A stretch of 47,822 bases of DNA from a bacterium (lineage in GTDB: Bacteria > Zhuqueibacterota > Zhuqueibacteria > Oceanimicrobiales > Oceanimicrobiaceae), in the NCBI GenBank assembly GCA_046757025.1, contig JBHHXN010000022.1, positions 1 to 47,822 on the forward strand, read 5' to 3'. Below are positions 43,239-47,822 of this stretch, one piece after another. Each line of letters starts with the position of its first letter. Position 1 is the stretch's first letter. The notes under the pieces are model-generated. The model saw only the letters and a list, made by a program, of their open reading frames with translations. It was not told where the DNA came from and searched no databases. The translations under genes and the position numbers were made by a program.

Positions 43239-44759
43239 ATGAAAAATGAAATTATTATTAATTCATCTATTGGAGAGACGAGAATTGCGATATTAGAAAA
43301 TGGTCGATTAGTAGAACTTTTTGTTGAACAGCCCGAAAATGAGAGGATGGTTGGGGACATATATTTGGGAAAAGTCGTCAATGTTGTGAGGGGAATGCAT
43401 GCCGCTTTTGTGAATATTGGGCAAAAGCAAGATGCTTTTCTTCATTTTTCAGATATTGGAGACCGTTTAGCTGAATACAAATCATTCATCGAAATTGATG
43501 GTTCGAGAAATGCTAAAAAAAGCAGACCAAGAAGATCTTTGCCCAAAGAAGGTCAGGAGCTGTTAGTACAAATCATTAAAGAACCCATCAATAATAAAGG
43601 CGCTAGAATTTCTACTGAATTATCATTTCCCGGGAGGTTTTTGGTACTGGTTCCCAACTCAGACATCGTTGGGGTATCCAAAAAAATTTATAGCGTTAAA
43701 GAAAAGCGAAAATTAAAAAAGATAATTCGTAAAATCAAGCCAGATGGATTTGGACTCATCGTTAGAACCGTAGCAGAAAACAAAGATGAGATAACCCTTA
43801 AAGCTGATTTAGACAATTTATTAAACAAGTGGAAAAAGTTAGAACAAAAGCTAAAAAAAGTGACTCCACCCACCCTTATATTTAAAGATGTGGCAATGGC
43901 ATCGAGTGTCATTCGTGATTTATTCACGAGTGATGTGAAACGGGTAATAATTGATTCCAAAAAACTTTATCGTGAGACCGTCACTTATTTAGATGATGTC
44001 GCTCCTGCATTAAAAAATCGTGTTGAATATTTTAAAAGTGAAAAACCGATTTTTGATGTTTTCAATATTGAAAGTGAAATTTCTAAAAGTTTATCCAGAA
44101 AAGTCTGGACGCCAAGCGGTGGATATGTCATATTTGATCACACAGAAGCCCTGGTCGCGGTTGATGTAAACAGTGGCAAATACGTTAGAGGCCGCGAACC
44201 CGAAGAAACCACGTTAAAGATCAACCTTGAGGCAGCAAAGGAAATTGCGCGTCAACTCCGGCTGCGCGATATCGGTGGACTCATCGTAATTGATTTCATC
44301 GATATGTTAGAGCTAAAAAATAAAAAGAGACTGGAGGACGAATTCCGTCGGGAATTAAAAAAAGACCGCGCACAGGCCAGTATCACACGCCTAAGTGAAT
44401 TTGGTTTGATTGAAATGACTCGCGAGCGCGTGCGTCCCAGTTTGCTGTATGCGTTCAGCGAACCTTGTCCAACTTGTGATGGCATCGGTCGAGTGAGCTC
44501 CAAAAATACGGTGCTCACCAAGATCGAACGATGGATCAAACGATTTAAAACCGAAAGAAAAGAGTGGTCACTCAAAGTCATCGTTCACAGTTCCATTGCC
44601 GACTATTTAACGCAAGGACTGATCAATAAAGTAAGACGATTGATGTGGAAATATCGATTGAGAATCGAAGTTGAGAAGGATGATAATTTGAAAACAGATC
44701 AGTTTAGAATTATTCTAAAAAAAGAGCAAAAAGACATTACGGACCAGTTTTTGACCTGA
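43239..44759 (+). CDS. Ribonuclease E/G family (RNase G-sized, no C-terminal scaffold)
   Basis: S1 domain VGDIYLGKV..AAFVNIG; ALVAVDVNSG; LRDIGGLIVIDFIDM; CPTCDGIG Zn-link; 506 aa. Confidence 0.96.
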   Translation: MKNEIIINSSIGETRIAILENGRLVELFVEQPENERMVGDIYLGKVVNVVRGMHAAFVNIGQKQDAFLHFSDIGDRLAEYKSFIEIDGSRNAKKSRPRRSLPKEGQELLVQIIKEPINNKGARISTELSFPGRFLVLVPNSDIVGVSKKIYSVKEKRKLKKIIRKIKPDGFGLIVRTVAENKDEITLKADLDNLLNKWKKLEQKLKKVTPPTLIFKDVAMASSVIRDLFTSDVKRVIIDSKKLYRETVTYLDDVAPALKNRVEYFKSEKPIFDVFNIESEISKSLSRKVWTPSGGYVIFDHTEALVAVDVNSGKYVRGREPEETTLKINLEAAKEIARQLRLRDIGGLIVIDFIDMLELKNKKRLEDEFRRELKKDRAQASITRLSEFGLIEMTRERVRPSLLYAFSEPCPTCDGIGRVSSKNTVLTKIERWIKRFKTERKEWSLKVIVHSSIADYLTQGLINKVRRLMWKYRLRIEVEKDDNLKTDQFRIILKKEQKDITDQFLT

Positions 44760-44816
44760 GTAAATAAATATTGAAATGAAAACACGCAATAAGGTTTTGT
44801 AAGGAGGATTTGCTAA

Positions 44817-45131
44817 ATGTACGCAATTGTTGACATTGCCGGAAAACAGTACAAAGTATGCAAGAATGATCACATTCAAGTGCCGAAATTGGCCGGAGAT
44901 GTGGGCGCCAGTGTAGAGTTTGATCGGGTCTTGCTACTTTCAAATAAAGGCAAGATAACCGTTGGTCAGCCCATCGTGAAAGGCGCGTCGGTTAAAGCCA
45001 AAATATTAGGCTTCGATCGCGATAAAAAAGTCATCGTATTCAAGAAGAAACGGCGCAAAGGTTATCAAGTGAAACGGGGGCATAGACAAGATTACACTTC
45101 ATTGTTGATTCAAGGTATTAGTTCGAAATAA
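44817..45131 (+). CDS. rplU: 50S ribosomal protein L21
   Basis: [21 protein letters not shown]. Confidence 0.98.
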   Translation: MYAIVDIAGKQYKVCKNDHIQVPKLAGDVGASVEFDRVLLLSNKGKITVGQPIVKGASVKAKILGFDRDKKVIVFKKKRRKGYQVKRGHRQDYTSLLIQGISSK

Positions 45132-45153
45132 CCTATTGGAGGATCTGTAAATC

Positions 45154-45411
45154 ATGGCACATAAAAAAGGTGTGGGCAGCTCGAAGAACGGGCGAGATAG
45201 TAATCCACAATTTTTAGGCGTAAAAAGATTTGACGGACAAGCGGTTTCAGCAGGGAGCATCCTGGTGCGACAAAGAGGCACGCGCATTCATCCTGGTAAC
45301 AACGTGGGACTGGGTAAGGATCACACCCTGTTTGCGCTGAAGGACGGCGTGGTTAAATTTGAGAGGCTGGGTAAATACAAAAAATCCGTCAGCGTGCTCG
45401 TGAAATCCTGA
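45154..45411 (+). CDS. rpmA: 50S ribosomal protein L27 (short N-terminus, no Prp needed)
   Basis: [29 protein letters not shown]. Confidence 0.99.
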   Translation: MAHKKGVGSSKNGRDSNPQFLGVKRFDGQAVSAGSILVRQRGTRIHPGNNVGLGKDHTLFALKDGVVKFERLGKYKKSVSVLVKS

Positions 45412-45485
45412 GTCCGCGAGCATTGAAAATCATTTGCTGGTTCGGACGGTCGTCATTTAATTTATGAATTGACGATCTTCGATTT

Positions 45486-45513
45486 AAAAAGCGACATCTG
45501 TCGCTTTTTTTTT
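45486..45513 (+). terminator. Intrinsic (potentially bidirectional) terminator after rpmA
   Basis: AAAAA-GCGAC-ATCT-GTCGC-T9. Confidence 0.85.
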
Positions 45514-45591
45514 GCTTTCATTCAAAATGACCTTGAATTTTAATAGAGGAGAGTTATTTACAAAAACTATGCCATCCTGTTTAAAATGCGC

Positions 45592-45620
45592 TTGACAATC
45601 ATGGCGAATTATTATATATT
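45592..45620 (+). promoter_or_regulatory. Near-consensus sigma70 promoter for gatC-pyrG
   Basis: TTGACA-N17-TATATT. Confidence 0.75.
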
Positions 45621-45663
45621 ACCCTTGAACATTTGCGAATCATTCTACCAGAACGGAGACGCT

Positions 45664-47600
<1,937 letters not shown>

Positions 47601-47643
47601 TTTTCGTTAAATTTGTGGCATTTGGACGTGTCCGTGAAATACG

Positions 47644-47776
47644 TAATTAGTGTCCATCCGTAAAGAGCCTTTTTTTGTCATTCCCGCAATTTTTAAGCGG
47701 GAATCCATTGTTCCGTTAGGCATGAGATTCCCGACAACGGCATTCGGGAATGACGATTACGGATGGACACTAATTA
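47644..47776. repeat. Nested palindromic element (MITE/REPIN-like)
   Basis: Perfect 20-bp terminal IR TAATTAGTGTCCATCCGTAA (47644-47663 / 47757-47776); inner 10-bp IR GTCATTCCCG (47677-47686 / 47745-47754); two internal ATTCCCG-N11-CGGGAAT hairpins. Confidence 0.85.
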
Positions 47777-47790
47777 ATTGTAGTGTTTAT

Positions 47791-47819
47791 TTGACTTAGA
47801 TAATACAGACGTCGATAAT
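47791..47819 (+). promoter_or_regulatory. Possible sigma70 promoter for a gene beyond the window
   Basis: TTGACT-N17-GATAAT. Confidence 0.4.
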
Positions 47820-47822
47820 AGA

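Noticed and set aside
45586..45663. Apparent N-terminal extension of GatC
   Set aside because: Overlaps the TTGACA/TATATT promoter; an SD supports ATG 45664 and a typical 95-aa length
47644..47776. Possible CRISPR repeat-spacer unit or tRNA-like cloverleaf
   Set aside because: The repeats are inverted rather than direct, there is no array or cas gene, and no T-loop/D-loop consensus
47767..47786. ACACTA-N8-TAGTGT dyad as a possible NrdR box
   Set aside because: Length and core do not fit the 16-bp NrdR consensus; overlaps the repeat end

Overview
A bacterial chromosomal core region with every supportable gene on the + strand. Positions 1-30.5 kb hold an uninterrupted translation/transcription superoperon: 3' part of tRNA-Trp, secE-nusG-rplKAJL-rpoBC, str (rpsL-rpsG-fusA-tuf), S10, spc (secY-map-infA-rpmJ, no adk) and alpha (rpsMKD-rpoA-rplQ), closed by an intrinsic terminator. 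It is followed by hutU-hutI, a three-gene envelope module (lipoprotein, FadL-like outer-membrane barrel, exported TPR protein), glyA-nrdR, tatC-dcd-PHP-MBL-HD hydrolases, RNase E/G-rplU-rpmA, gatC-pyrG and a nested palindromic MITE/REPIN-like element. The host is a diderm. By inference it is an FCB-superphylum lineage outside Bacteroidota proper (KSB1/Calditrichota/Ignavibacteria-like), since it uses canonical sigma70 promoters and Shine-Dalgarno sites. Best leads: (1) the lipoprotein + FadL-like barrel + TPR trio, which resembles the accessory subunits of the Bacteroidota-type BAM complex but is encoded here as one cluster; (2) an rrn-like promoter-hairpin-boxA leader in front of RNase E/G-rplU-rpmA; (3) structured spacers before fusA and rpsJ (candidate ribosomal leaders); (4) a cruciform MITE-like element after pyrG; (5) an N-terminally extended L7/L12. 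No CRISPR array, transposase, integrase or prophage was seen. No searches were run, so all family assignments rest on motif recognition.
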